This document shows, in pieces, positions 48,949 to 59,765 of a stretch of 64,000 nucleotides of DNA. Within the stretch, counting starts at the first letter, position 1. Every line of letters begins with the position of its first letter. Made by a program: the position numbers and the translations under genes. The notes beneath the pieces are model-generated. The model ran no database searches. It worked only from the letters and a program-made list of their open reading frames with translations, and was not told the DNA's origin. Origin of the DNA: an uncultured Blautia sp. (lineage in GTDB: Bacteria; Bacillota; Clostridia; Lachnospirales; Lachnospiraceae); the NCBI GenBank assembly GCA_902476765.1, contig CABSEJ010000003.1, positions 1,838 to 65,837 of the forward strand. Reading direction: 5' to 3'.

Positions 48949-50424
48949 ATGGAAAAACAAAAAGATATAAAGGAAACGGCAGGAAGCCAGGAAAAAGCGT
49001 TAAAAAAGCCGGCCGTAAATGGCAGTGACAAGGCCGCAGATATTATGGAATTGAAAATTCCTGTAATGAAAAGCAGGAGAAGGCCGGTTCACAAAGAAAA
49101 AATGTCAACGGCCAGAAGAAGTACAGATAAAAAAAGTACAGAGAAAAAAAATACAGATAAAAATAATATAGACAAAAAAAATATAGAGAGAATAAGCGGG
49201 GCTGTGTCTGGGAGCCAGAATAAGAAGAAAACAGCAGGAGACAGCTACAGAAGAGCTGTACATAAGGACAGTAAAAAATCTGTGACTAAACCCATTCTCA
49301 ATATAGAAGGAATGTCAGAGGAGGAGCAGGAGCATGCCAGACGGGTGGAAGCCATTCTCCAGCGCCGTAGGGCTGAGAAAGCCAAACAACTGCAGAGAAG
49401 GAAGATGCTGCGTTTGGCGCCTTTATGTGTTTTGGCATTGGTAGCCTTAATCCTTTTAGGAACAGGAATCTTTAAACTGGTGGGAAATGCTAAGTCTGCC
49501 GCTCCCAAAACCGAAACAACAGAAGAAGTAAAGCAGGGTGAGATTGAGGCTCAGGAACAGCCGGTTATGAGCAGTACGGATATAGAGAAGATGACTTCCA
49601 GCACCGTCATTTCAGGCTGGCAGTCTGACGAGACGGGAAAATGGTACCGCAATGAGGACGGAAGCTTTTACCAGAATGGATGGAAAGAAATAGACGGCGA
49701 GAAATATTATTTCGATGAAAACGGTTATGTGAAAACCGGCTGGATGAGTCTGGACGGTGAGGACTATTATTTTGACGAGGAGGGCCGGTATGACAGCACT
49801 GTGGTACCGCCTATGATAGCTCTTACTTTTGACGATGGTCCGGGAAAATACACTCAGGAGCTTCTGGACTGCCTGGCAGAGAATGACGCTAAGGCTACTT
49901 TCTATATGCTGGGACAGAATGTGGAGCAGTATCCGGATATTGTAAAGCAAATGAATGAGTTGGGTATGGAATTATCCAATCATACATATGACCACAAAAT
50001 GCTGAATAAATTGTCAGAAGCTCAGATTACCGATGAGATAGAGAAGACCAGTCAGGCTATCCAGGAGGCTTCCGGGGCTTTACCGGATACCCTCAGACCT
50101 CCCGGCGGCAGCTACAACAAACAAGTGCAGCAGCTGGCCGGAATGCCTATTGTAAAGTGGAGTATTGACACCAAGGACTGGGCCACCAAGAGTGAGGACC
50201 AGACCTATCAGTGCGTCATGGATAATGCCACTGACGGTTCTGTGGTTCTTATGCACGATATTCACGAGTGGTCCGTAAAGGCGGCACTGCGGATGATACC
50301 AGAGCTTAAAGCCAAGGGCTTTAAGCTGGTAACCGTAAAGGAACTGGCCGAAGCTAAAGGAATTACTCTCGAAGACGGTGAAGTTTACGAATACTTCGGC
50401 GAAGGCACCCAGATGGTAGAATAA
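48949..50424 (+). CDS. Membrane-anchored polysaccharide deacetylase with cell-wall-binding repeats
   Basis: TM helix; GW..IDGEKYYFDENG repeats; ALTFDDGP, NHTYDH, RPPGG and LMHD. Confidence 0.9.
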   Translation: MEKQKDIKETAGSQEKALKKPAVNGSDKAADIMELKIPVMKSRRRPVHKEKMSTARRSTDKKSTEKKNTDKNNIDKKNIERISGAVSGSQNKKKTAGDSYRRAVHKDSKKSVTKPILNIEGMSEEEQEHARRVEAILQRRRAEKAKQLQRRKMLRLAPLCVLALVALILLGTGIFKLVGNAKSAAPKTETTEEVKQGEIEAQEQPVMSSTDIEKMTSSTVISGWQSDETGKWYRNEDGSFYQNGWKEIDGEKYYFDENGYVKTGWMSLDGEDYYFDEEGRYDSTVVPPMIALTFDDGPGKYTQELLDCLAENDAKATFYMLGQNVEQYPDIVKQMNELGMELSNHTYDHKMLNKLSEAQITDEIEKTSQAIQEASGALPDTLRPPGGSYNKQVQQLAGMPIVKWSIDTKDWATKSEDQTYQCVMDNATDGSVVLMHDIHEWSVKAALRMIPELKAKGFKLVTVKELAEAKGITLEDGEVYEYFGEGTQMVE

Positions 50425-51589
50425 AGAGAAAAAGGAAAAAGCCAAGGCAGCAGAAAAAACCTCCGGCCATAAAGGCTATGCGGAGACTTATGTCTGCCAG
50501 CTTTCCAAACACAGGATTTATAACAGCGCCGGTAAACTCCAGGAACATAGCCTGGATGCTGAGGATAGAGGCTCTGTTTGCACCGTGGACTTCTCTGTTT
50601 TGCAGCTCTGAAAATAAGGGCTGAAACAGAGAAAGAAAGCACTGGATACCCAGTATGCACACCACGGAGCAGACAGGGCTTTTCGTTTGCCCTAAGATAA
50701 AGCAGAAAAGGCCGGGAAAGAGAAAGCAGCAGGCAGAGAACTTCAATTTTCCCAGTTTTTCACAGAAAAAAGAGGACAGGGGAGCAATGGTTCCCACTGC
50801 CTGGGCCACAATAAAAATAAGGCTTATAGATTTGAGGGATAATCCGCAGGCTATATACTTGGGCTGATTTAGAAATACTGTCAGCATTTGACCTGTCTCT
50901 GTGAGCAGGCCGGCCCCGGCCAGAAACAGCAGCAGGGTTCTTTTGGACAACGTCCCTTTCACATCTGAGAGAAAGGAGAAAACAGTAGCTCTGACTCCTG
51001 ACTTCCTGGCTTCTCTGGGGCCTCCGGCTTCCCGGGATTCTTTTTGGGGAAGGCGCTCCGGCTCCAGGAGAAAAAGACAGAGAAAAAGCGCAGCTCCGTA
51101 AGCCAGAGAAGTGAGGAAGGCAGCGGTACGAAGCCGGGCACCTCCTGTGAGAAAAAAATACAGGGAGGCCAGGAAAAGACCTGCCTGTCCCAGGCCCTGG
51201 TAAACACCGAATACTTTTTGGGACCTGCCTTTAGGTGCAGACAGGTACAGCAGACTGGAATCTACCCCGGAAAAACCGGAGACAGCCAGACTTAAAAAGA
51301 TCCGTTCCATTAGAAAATCCCAGAAGCTCCAGGCCTTCCAGAAAATGATTTTGGATAAAAAATAGAATAAACTGCAGATGATCATGGTTTTCCTATAGCC
51401 GATTTTGTCTGCCAAAATTCCCCAGGGAATTTCCATTCCCAGACACAGAAAAAGGGAGATACTTTCAATAACAGAAATCTGGAAAATTGTGAGACCGGCC
51501 TCCTGGCGGTACAAAACAGATGCAGAGCCATAGAACACCATTCCCTGCAGAAAAGAAATCCCGTATAACAGATAGAGATTTTTCTTCAT
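50363..51589 (-). CDS. MFS transporter
   Basis: EIPWGILADKIGYRKT (motif A) and about 12 hydrophobic segments; overlaps the convergent gene by 62 bp. Confidence 0.85.
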   Translation of the reverse strand: MKKNLYLLYGISFLQGMVFYGSASVLYRQEAGLTIFQISVIESISLFLCLGMEIPWGILADKIGYRKTMIICSLFYFLSKIIFWKAWSFWDFLMERIFLSLAVSGFSGVDSSLLYLSAPKGRSQKVFGVYQGLGQAGLFLASLYFFLTGGARLRTAAFLTSLAYGAALFLCLFLLEPERLPQKESREAGGPREARKSGVRATVFSFLSDVKGTLSKRTLLLFLAGAGLLTETGQMLTVFLNQPKYIACGLSLKSISLIFIVAQAVGTIAPLSSFFCEKLGKLKFSACCFLFPGLFCFILGQTKSPVCSVVCILGIQCFLSLFQPLFSELQNREVHGANRASILSIQAMFLEFTGAVINPVFGKLADISLRIAFMAGGFFCCLGFFLFLFILPSGCLRRSIRKLHRLRE

Positions 51590-51684
51590 GGTTATGTTCC
51601 TTTCCTATTTATTTGTGTTCGCAAAAAAGCCGGAACAAAAACGGTACGCAAAAAACGCCGCCTTTTCCGGGCAGATAAGCGAAA

Positions 51685-51717
51685 TCAAATAGGACTGGAC
51701 AATAACATGATAAACAT
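51685..51717 (-). CDS. Putative 10-aa leader peptide of the MFS gene
   Basis: AAGGAG RBS, then MFIMLLSSPI*; its 3' end is complementary to the region just before the MFS RBS. Confidence 0.45.
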   Translation of the reverse strand: MFIMLLSSPI

Positions 51718-51991
51718 AAAAATCTCCTTTAAGCTTTGCATGAAAAGTCAAATACTCCGATGCAAGCATGCCCGCTTGGCTGGTTGCATGTGGAAATAAA
51801 CGAAGCAGGCCGCCCCATAAGAGGTCTTGATGTGGCAGCTCTGTTTATTCTGACAGTATACACCCTGTTACCTGGAAAGTAAAGAAAAAATGAAGGAGCT
51901 GCCTCACGAAACTGTAGTTTGGAATATTCCAGACCCATATTTCGCAGGGCAGCTCCCTATTATGGCCTATGACAGAAAGCTCTTCTATAGA

Positions 51992-54610
51992 TTATCCTTC
52001 ATAGTATGCCTTTAAGTACATTTCTTTCATCTCGCTCATCAGCGGATATCTTGGGTTAGCGCCTGTACACTGGTCGTTGAAGGCGTTCTCAACCATTTCA
52101 TCCAGAGTAGCCAGGAAGTCTTCTTCCTTAATGCCGTATTCTTTGATGGTTCTCTTGATTCCGACTTTTTCCTTCAGTTCAGCGATAGCCTTGATGAAGT
52201 TTTCGAATACTTCGTCATCATTTTTGCCCTGGATTCCTACAAAGCGGGCCATTTCACAGTATCTTTCCTTTGCGTGAGGATATGGATACTGGGAGAAGGT
52301 TCCCATCTTAGTCGGAGCCGGGTCTGCATTGTAGCGCATTACATGCTCGATAAGAAGAGCGTTTGCAATGCCGTGAGGCAGGTGATGATAAGCACCCAGC
52401 TTATGAGCCATGGAGTGGCAGATTCCCAGGAATGCATTGGAGAATGCCATACCGGCCAGGGTGGAAGCATTACCCATTTTCTCTCTGGCGATTGGGTCTG
52501 CAGCACCCTTTTCATATGCAGAGGGCAGATAATCAAAGATTAACTTAGTAGCCTTTAAAGCCAGACCGTCTGTGTAATCTGTGGCCATAATGGAAGCATA
52601 AGCCTCTAAGGAGTGGGTCAGAGCGTCGATACCGGAAGCGCTGGTCAGTCCCTTAGGCTGTCCCATCATATAGTCGGCGTCAATGATAGCCATGTTAGGC
52701 ATTAACTCATAATCAGCGATTGGCCACTTAGTACCTGTGGTTGCGTCTGTGATGATAGCGAAAGGTGTAACCTCAGAACCAGTACCGGAGGATGTAGGCA
52801 CGGCTACCATCATAGCCTTCTCACCCATCTTAGGGAATACATAAACTCTCTTTCTGATATCCATGAAGTCCATAGCCAGGTCTTCGAATTCACATTCCGG
52901 ATGTTCGTACATCAGCCACATAATCTTGGCAGCATCCATTGCAGAACCGCCGCCCAGAGCGATGATAGTGTCAGGTCCAAAGGATTTTAACTGCTCTAAG
53001 CCCTTCTGTGCGCACTGAAGAGTCGGGTCCGGAGCAACGTCAAAGAAGCAGTCATACTTAATACCCATCTCATCCAGCTTATCTGTGATTGGCTTGGTAT
53101 AGCCGTTCTGATATAAGAAGGTATCTGTTACGATAAATGCTTTTTCTTTATGATAAACATTTTTCAGTTCATCCAGTGCTACAGGAAGGCAGCCCTTCTT
53201 AAAGTAAATCTTTTCCGGTGTTCTGAACCACAGCATGTTCTCTCTCCTTTCAGCAACGGTTTTGATATTCAGCAGGTGTTTTACTCCTACGTTTTCGGAT
53301 ACGGAGTTGCCGCCGTAGGAACCGCAGCCAAGAGTCAGTGACGGAGCAAGCTTAAAGTTATACAGGTCTCCGATACCGCCGTGTGCAGAAGGAGTATTTA
53401 ACAGAATACGGCAGGTCTTCATGCGGTCATAGAATTTATTCAGCTTCTCAGTCTGTGAAGGATGTGCATAGATAGAAGCAGTATGGCCGTATCCGCCGTC
53501 CTTTACAAGCTGGTCTGCCATATCCAGGGCTGTATCGAAGTCTTTAGCCTTATACAGAGCAAGAACAGGGGACAGCTTTTCATGTGCGAAAGGCTCGGAA
53601 ATATCTACGGAAGTAACCTCACCGATTAAAATCTTGGTATCTTTGGGAACAGAGATACCTGCCAGCTCAGCGATAACCGGAGCAGGCTGTCCTACGATTT
53701 TAGCGTTTACTGTGCCGGCTTCTGTCAGGATAATGGCTCTTACTTTATCCAGTTCTTCCTTATTCAGTACATGGCAGCCTCTCTTGATAAACTCTTTCTT
53801 TACTTCATCATAAATATCAGCAATAGCTGTTACAGACTGCTCGGAAGCACAAATCATACCATTGTCAAAGGTCTTGGAATGGATAACAGAGTAAACAGCA
53901 GTTGGAATATCGCAGGAGCTGTCCATGATAACAGGAACGTTTCCGGGACCAACGCCGATAGCCGGTTTTCCTGAAGAATAAGCGGCTTTTACCATTCCCG
54001 GGCCTCCGGTAGCCAGGATTACGTCAGCAGATTTCATCAGCTCGTTGGAAAGCTCGATAGTAGGTTCGTCTACCCATGCGATGATACCTTCGGGAGCGCC
54101 GGCCTTTACAGCGGCCTCAAGTACAACCCTGGCAGCCTCGATGGTACATTTCTTTGCACGGGGATGTGGGCTGATGATAATGGCGTTTCTGGTTTTCAGG
54201 CAGATAAGACATTTGAAAATAGCTGTGGATGTTGGGTTTGTGGTAGGGATAACGGCGCCCACGATACCTACAGGCTCCACAATCTTCTTCACTCCGTAGG
54301 AAGTATCTTCTTCAACCACGCCGCAGGTCTTTACTCTTTTATAAGCGTTGTATGTATATTCTGCCGCATAGTGGTTCTTGATTACCTTGTCTTCCAGGAC
54401 ACCCATTCCGGTCTCCTCGCAGGCAAGACGTGCAAGAGGAATACGCTGTTTGTTGGCGGCCATAGCAGCCTCGAAGAAAATTTTGTCTACCTGCTCCTGA
54501 GTAAAAGTAGCAAATTTTTTCTGGGCTTCTCTCATAGAAGCAATCTTAGCCTGAAGCGCTTCCAAGCTGTTGATGGTTTCCGGTACGTTGCTTTCTGATT
54601 TCTTAGCCAT
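51992..54610 (-). CDS. adhE: Bifunctional acetaldehyde-CoA/alcohol dehydrogenase
   Basis: PTTNPTST, ATGGPG, ICASEQS, GGGSAMDAAK and CHSMAHKLG. Confidence 0.97.
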   Translation of the reverse strand: MAKKSESNVPETINSLEALQAKIASMREAQKKFATFTQEQVDKIFFEAAMAANKQRIPLARLACEETGMGVLEDKVIKNHYAAEYTYNAYKRVKTCGVVEEDTSYGVKKIVEPVGIVGAVIPTTNPTSTAIFKCLICLKTRNAIIISPHPRAKKCTIEAARVVLEAAVKAGAPEGIIAWVDEPTIELSNELMKSADVILATGGPGMVKAAYSSGKPAIGVGPGNVPVIMDSSCDIPTAVYSVIHSKTFDNGMICASEQSVTAIADIYDEVKKEFIKRGCHVLNKEELDKVRAIILTEAGTVNAKIVGQPAPVIAELAGISVPKDTKILIGEVTSVDISEPFAHEKLSPVLALYKAKDFDTALDMADQLVKDGGYGHTASIYAHPSQTEKLNKFYDRMKTCRILLNTPSAHGGIGDLYNFKLAPSLTLGCGSYGGNSVSENVGVKHLLNIKTVAERRENMLWFRTPEKIYFKKGCLPVALDELKNVYHKEKAFIVTDTFLYQNGYTKPITDKLDEMGIKYDCFFDVAPDPTLQCAQKGLEQLKSFGPDTIIALGGGSAMDAAKIMWLMYEHPECEFEDLAMDFMDIRKRVYVFPKMGEKAMMVAVPTSSGTGSEVTPFAIITDATTGTKWPIADYELMPNMAIIDADYMMGQPKGLTSASGIDALTHSLEAYASIMATDYTDGLALKATKLIFDYLPSAYEKGAADPIAREKMGNASTLAGMAFSNAFLGICHSMAHKLGAYHHLPHGIANALLIEHVMRYNADPAPTKMGTFSQYPYPHAKERYCEMARFVGIQGKNDDEVFENFIKAIAELKEKVGIKRTIKEYGIKEEDFLATLDEMVENAFNDQCTGANPRYPLMSEMKEMYLKAYYEG

Positions 54611-54683
54611 GGGAAATCCTCCTTAAAAATAAATTAGTAGATAAGATATATCTGTCAGGAACACAGGTTAGCTCCTGTTGATA

Positions 54684-54741
54684 TTGATAATTATTTAACA
54701 AGTTCTGAAGGTATTATATGCCATTGTTAAAAAAATGTCAA
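54684..54741 (-). promoter_or_regulatory. adhE promoter with two Rex-type operators
   Basis: TTGACA-N17-TATAAT on the minus strand (54741-54713); 18-bp boxes TTGATAATTATTTAACAA (54684-54701) and TTGTTAAAAAAATGTCAA (54724-54741) resemble clostridial Rex TTGTTAA-N4-TTAACAA. Confidence 0.8.
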
Positions 54742-55096
54742 TATGTATTATTAAAAAAATCCGTAACCTTATAGTAATATTTTATGGCCTAATTTTACCA
54801 TATTTTACGACCAATATAAAGATAAAACTTTGTTAAATTTAAAATTATCTGAAAACTGAGAAAAATCAGGAGAACAGACGATTTATGGGAATTACTGTGC
54901 TGGAAAGGGGCAAAATTTGATAAAAAATAGACAAAGTATTTTTGTGAAAAATCACTATAGAGCTGATTGGGGGTGCCATCTCATGAACCGGGGTAAATCC
55001 TGGCTTTGGTTTTGTTGACAGGATGCAGGTTCTGGGATAAATTATTAAATAAATGGACAAGGAAAACACAGCTGCAAAGCGGCGGAGAGGAGTATT

Positions 55097-57598
55097 ATGA
55101 GGATATGTACCAGGGCCGGTGAAGTAAAACAGAAAGCAGGCTATTTTTCAGTGCCTACTGACGGTGTGGAAATCAGGATTTGGTTTGTGACAGACAGTAT
55201 TATTCGAATCCGGGCAGGTTTTGACGGAGACTTTCAGGAAGAATCCTACAGTCTGGTGACAACTGCCTGGGAAGACAGGATGGACGGAATCATGAAGGGG
55301 TATAGAAAGCGCATTGCCCCGGCTGAGGCCTGCCTGGAGAACAGACAGGAAAAGGCTGTGCTTCAGGGAAAGCTTCTGCGGGTAGAAGTGGAGAAGGAAC
55401 CTTTCCGCATCTGTGTCTACGATAAAGAGAATGCCTGCCTTCATGCAGATATTGTGGATTTGGCCTATATGGAAGACAGCAACCGCAGAAGGATTCATAC
55501 CAGCCAGATTTCTCCGGAGGACTGTTTCTATGGCTTTGGAGAAAAAGGAGGAAGCTTTAATAAGGCCAAAAGATTTATGAACATGAGTCCTAAGGATGCC
55601 ATGGGCTATGACCCTAAAGATACGGATTCTCTTTATAAACACATTCCTTTTTATATAAAGCTGAGCCGGGAAACCAAGAAAGCAGTAGGTTATTTTTATC
55701 ACAATACATGGGAATGTGATTTTGATATGGGGCGGGAGAAAAGTAATTATTGGAAACCTCACAGCCGTTACCGGACAGACGGAGGAGATATTGATTTTTT
55801 TCTTATAGCAGGTCCCAATATCCGACAGGTGGTGGAGCGTTATACAGATTTGACAGGGAAATCGGCTATGCTTCCTAAGTATGCCCTGGGTTATCTGGGC
55901 TCTTCTATGTACTACCCGGAATTGGAGGCAGATTGTGATGACGCTGTGCTGGAATTCATTGACACCACCAGAGAGGAAGGGATTCCTGTGGATGGGTTTC
56001 AGCTTTCTTCCGGCTACTGTGCTGTGGAGACTGAGGAAGGAGTCAAGCGCTGTGTCTTTACCTGGAACCGGAAGCGCTTTAAAAATCCCAGGGAATTTTT
56101 CCGTCAGATGAAGGAAAGAGGAATTTGTGTGTCCCCTAATGTGAAACCGGGAATTCTTCTGGTTCATCCAAAACTTCCAGAGATGAAAGAAAAGGATATG
56201 TTTGTAAAGGACAGTAAAGGACTGGAGCCGGGAGTAGGTACATGGTGGGGAGGAAAAGGCCTGTTTGTGGACTTTACCAATCCTTCGGTCCGGGAAAGCT
56301 GGAAGGAAATGCTGAAGGAAAACGTGCTGGAATACGGAACCTCTTCTGTGTGGAACGACAATTGTGAGTACGACAGTATGGTGGATAAAGATTGCCGTTG
56401 CTTTTTTGAGGGAAAAGGAGGCACTATCGGCGGGTTAAAAGCAGTCATGTCTAACCTGATGTGCCATGTGACAGCAGAGGCTGTCCATGAAACCTTTGAA
56501 AACATCAGACCTTATATTGTGTGCCGATCCGGACACTGCGGCATCCAGAGGTATGCCCAGACCTGGGCGGGGGACAATCTGACCTGTTGGGATTCCCTGA
56601 AGTATAATATTGCCACTATCTTAGGCATGAGCCTGTCCGGGGTGGCTAACCAGGGCTGTGATGTAGGAGGCTTTTACGGGCCGGCACCGGAGGCGGAACT
56701 TTTGGTAAGATGGATACAGAACGGAATTTTTCAACCCAGATTTTCCATTCATTCCACCAATACGGATAATACAGTGACAGAACCCTGGATGTACAGTGAT
56801 TGTAAGGAACATATCCGCAGGGCTGTTTCATTCCGGTACCGCCTTTTCCCGTACCTGTATTCGCTGATGGAAAGGGCTCACGAGACCGGACTTCCTATTA
56901 TGGAGCCTATGTGCAGTGCTTTCCAGCAGGATGAGAGCTGCTATGAAGAAGGAGTGGACTTTATGCTTGGAGATGCTCTGCTGGTGGCCAATGTGGTGGA
57001 GAAGGGCGCTAAGACCAGGGAAGTCTATCTTCCGAAAGGAGAAATATTCTACGATTTTTATACCAGAGAAGCCTATGAAGGAGGACAGAAGCTGCAAATA
57101 CCCGTGGATTTAAGCAGTATACCTTTGTTTATCCGAAGCGGAGGTATTCTGCCTCTGGACCTGAACCAGATGGATAATCTGATGAAGGAGCAGGTAAGGG
57201 GAATCCGGATTCTCTGTGCTCCGGACAAAGACGGCAGATTTACCTTGTATGAGGATGACGGGCTTACTATGGATTATGAGAGAGGAGATTATCTGAAGAC
57301 AGAGATTTCTATGAGGGCCGGCGTACAGACCCTGCTTTCCTTTGCCATGGAAGGCTCTTACAAGACAACCTTGGAAGATGTGGAGATTGATATGATTCAC
57401 CGGGAGAAAGCGCCCTACTGGGTTAAGGTGAACGGAAAAGAGCTGAAGCATTTCCTGCACAGGAGAAAATATGAGGAGGCTGAAGAAGGCTGGTATTACA
57501 GTCAAAGGCTTCGTTCAGTGCAGATAAAATACAAGAACCCGGGAAAAGCTTATCAGGTCATGGTATCTTTTGAGCAGTTTGATTTAATCGGTATGTAA
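55097..57598 (+). CDS. GH31 alpha-glucosidase/alpha-xylosidase family hydrolase
   Basis: YGFGEK, LYKHIPFY, WNDNCE (nucleophile), WAGDN, CDVGGF and YEDDG. Confidence 0.9.
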   Translation: MRICTRAGEVKQKAGYFSVPTDGVEIRIWFVTDSIIRIRAGFDGDFQEESYSLVTTAWEDRMDGIMKGYRKRIAPAEACLENRQEKAVLQGKLLRVEVEKEPFRICVYDKENACLHADIVDLAYMEDSNRRRIHTSQISPEDCFYGFGEKGGSFNKAKRFMNMSPKDAMGYDPKDTDSLYKHIPFYIKLSRETKKAVGYFYHNTWECDFDMGREKSNYWKPHSRYRTDGGDIDFFLIAGPNIRQVVERYTDLTGKSAMLPKYALGYLGSSMYYPELEADCDDAVLEFIDTTREEGIPVDGFQLSSGYCAVETEEGVKRCVFTWNRKRFKNPREFFRQMKERGICVSPNVKPGILLVHPKLPEMKEKDMFVKDSKGLEPGVGTWWGGKGLFVDFTNPSVRESWKEMLKENVLEYGTSSVWNDNCEYDSMVDKDCRCFFEGKGGTIGGLKAVMSNLMCHVTAEAVHETFENIRPYIVCRSGHCGIQRYAQTWAGDNLTCWDSLKYNIATILGMSLSGVANQGCDVGGFYGPAPEAELLVRWIQNGIFQPRFSIHSTNTDNTVTEPWMYSDCKEHIRRAVSFRYRLFPYLYSLMERAHETGLPIMEPMCSAFQQDESCYEEGVDFMLGDALLVANVVEKGAKTREVYLPKGEIFYDFYTREAYEGGQKLQIPVDLSSIPLFIRSGGILPLDLNQMDNLMKEQVRGIRILCAPDKDGRFTLYEDDGLTMDYERGDYLKTEISMRAGVQTLLSFAMEGSYKTTLEDVEIDMIHREKAPYWVKVNGKELKHFLHRRKYEEAEEGWYYSQRLRSVQIKYKNPGKAYQVMVSFEQFDLIGM

Positions 57599-57717
57599 AA
57601 AAGGATAAAAAAATTGGGCTGTCGCTAAACGGAAACCGAGTATAACGACAGTCCAATATATAAAGCTTAGTGTATTATTATGCTTTGCAGGCCAGCACTG
57701 CCCTTTAGACGCTTTAA

Positions 57718-59547
57718 TTATTTTTTCAGGTTTTCCCTCTTTCTGAGACGGGAATCCAGAGTTTTTTTACGGATACGGAGAGTCTCGGGAGTTACTTCCA
57801 GAAGCTCGTCTGTATCAATAAACTCCAGAGCCTGTTCCAGGCTGAGAATCCTGGGAGGAGTCAGTTTCAGAGCTTCGTCTGCAGAGGAGGAACGAGTGTT
57901 GGTAAGATGCTTGGTCTTACATACGTTAAGTTCAATATCCTCGGATTTTCCGCTTTGGCCGATAACCATACCGCTGTAAACTCTTTCTCCGGGTCCAATG
58001 AACAGAGTACCTCTGTCCTGGGCGGAAAACAAGCCGTAGGCCACGGCTTCTCCTGTCTCGAAAGCAATGAGAGAGCCCTGCTTGCGGTATTGTAAATCTC
58101 CCTTATATGGAGCATAGCCGTCAAAGGCAGTGTTAAGGATTCCGGCGCCTTTGGTGGAAGTGAGGAAATCGCCACGGAAACCGATTAGTCCTCTGGAGGG
58201 AATGTGGAATTCCAGACGGGTGGAACCGTCGCTGGCAGGACTCATGCCCTGAAGCTCGCCTTTGCGCTCACTGAGTTTCTGTATAACCGTTCCGGAAAAT
58301 TCTTCCGGTACATCTACATAAGCGATTTCCATGGGCTCCAGTGTACGGCCTCTCTCATCCTGGTGATAGATAACCTCAGCCTTGCTGACTGCAAATTCGT
58401 AGCCTTCTCTTCTCATATTTTCAATGAGAACAGAAAGATGAAGCTCACCTCTTCCGGATACTTTGAAGCAGTCTGTGCTGTCGGTATCCTCCACCCGAAG
58501 GCTTACGTCTGTGTTTAACTCACGCATCAGCCTTTCTCTTAAATGACGGGAGGTAACGTATTTGCCCTCCTGCCCTGCAAAGGGGCTGTCGTTGACCATA
58601 AAGTTCATGGAGATAGTGGGCTCGGAAATCTTCTGGAAGGGAATGGGCTCTACATGGTCCGGGGCGCAGAGGGTATCTCCGATGTGGATGTCTGCAATAC
58701 CGGAAATTGCTACGATAGAACCAATGCCGGCTTCTTTTACTTCTATTTTGTTCAGGCCGTCAAATTCATAGAGCTTGCTGATTTTTACTTTTTTCATTTT
58801 GTCCGGGTCGTGGTGGTTGCACAGCATAACCTCCTGGTTTACGCTGATGCTTCCGTTTTCCACTTTTCCCACGCCGATACGTCCTACATATTCATTGTAG
58901 TCAATAGTGCTGATGAGAACCTGGGTGGGAGCCTCCGGGTCACCGGTAGGAGCGGGGATGTATTTCAGGATGGTTTCGAACAAGGGCTCCATACTTTCCG
59001 GTGTATCCCCTAAATCCAGAACCGCATGTCCCGCTTTGGCGGAAGCGTAAAGGAAGGGGCAGTCAAGCTGTTCGTCGGAAGCGTCTAAATCCATAAGAAG
59101 CTCCAGCACTTCGTCGATAACTTCATTGGGGCGGGCTTCCGGTCTGTCGATTTTATTTATACATACGATTACATGTAAATCCAGCTCCAGGGCCTTTTTC
59201 AGAACGAATTTGGTCTGGGGCATGGCGCCTTCAAAGGCGTCTACCAGCAGAATTACACCGTCTACCATCTTCAGAACACGTTCTACCTCACCGCCGAAGT
59301 CTGCGTGTCCCGGGGTGTCAATAATGTTGATTTTGGTGCCTTTGTAATGCACCGCTGTGTTTTTGGATAGAATGGTGATTCCACGTTCTCTCTCCAGGTC
59401 GTTGGAATCCATGATACGTTCCTGGACCACCTGATTTTCACGGAAAACTCCGCTCTGACGAAGAAGCTGGTCTACCAGAGTGGTTTTTCCGTGGTCAACA
59501 TGGGCGATAATGGCAACATTGCGAATATCATCTCTTGTTGTTTTCAT
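57718..59547 (-). CDS. typA: Translational GTPase TypA/BipA
   Basis: AHVDHGKTT, DTPGHADFGGEVER, NKID and GRGELHL. Confidence 0.97.
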   Translation of the reverse strand: MKTTRDDIRNVAIIAHVDHGKTTLVDQLLRQSGVFRENQVVQERIMDSNDLERERGITILSKNTAVHYKGTKINIIDTPGHADFGGEVERVLKMVDGVILLVDAFEGAMPQTKFVLKKALELDLHVIVCINKIDRPEARPNEVIDEVLELLMDLDASDEQLDCPFLYASAKAGHAVLDLGDTPESMEPLFETILKYIPAPTGDPEAPTQVLISTIDYNEYVGRIGVGKVENGSISVNQEVMLCNHHDPDKMKKVKISKLYEFDGLNKIEVKEAGIGSIVAISGIADIHIGDTLCAPDHVEPIPFQKISEPTISMNFMVNDSPFAGQEGKYVTSRHLRERLMRELNTDVSLRVEDTDSTDCFKVSGRGELHLSVLIENMRREGYEFAVSKAEVIYHQDERGRTLEPMEIAYVDVPEEFSGTVIQKLSERKGELQGMSPASDGSTRLEFHIPSRGLIGFRGDFLTSTKGAGILNTAFDGYAPYKGDLQYRKQGSLIAFETGEAVAYGLFSAQDRGTLFIGPGERVYSGMVIGQSGKSEDIELNVCKTKHLTNTRSSSADEALKLTPPRILSLEQALEFIDTDELLEVTPETLRIRKKTLDSRLRKRENLKK

Positions 59548-59765
59548 ATATTATGTTAACCTCTTTTCCAAACAGTGTTTGTTTTCCTGTAAAATCCGGG
59601 ATTTATTTTATCACACTTAAATCCAAGTATCAATAGAAGAAAAGAGGAGTTTCCTTTTTAAAAACAGGGGAAAAGAAAAAAATTAAAAAAGTTGTTCTAA
59701 AGATGGCATACGGTGAATAAACATGATATAGACAAGATACCAGAAAGAGGAAGGGGAAATAAATC

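Noticed and set aside
22926..59347. Long antisense or alternate-frame ORFs (for example 22926-23582, 34043-34750, 42482-43060, 55148-56167)
   Set aside because: They shadow well-supported genes and lack RBSs or recognisable motifs.
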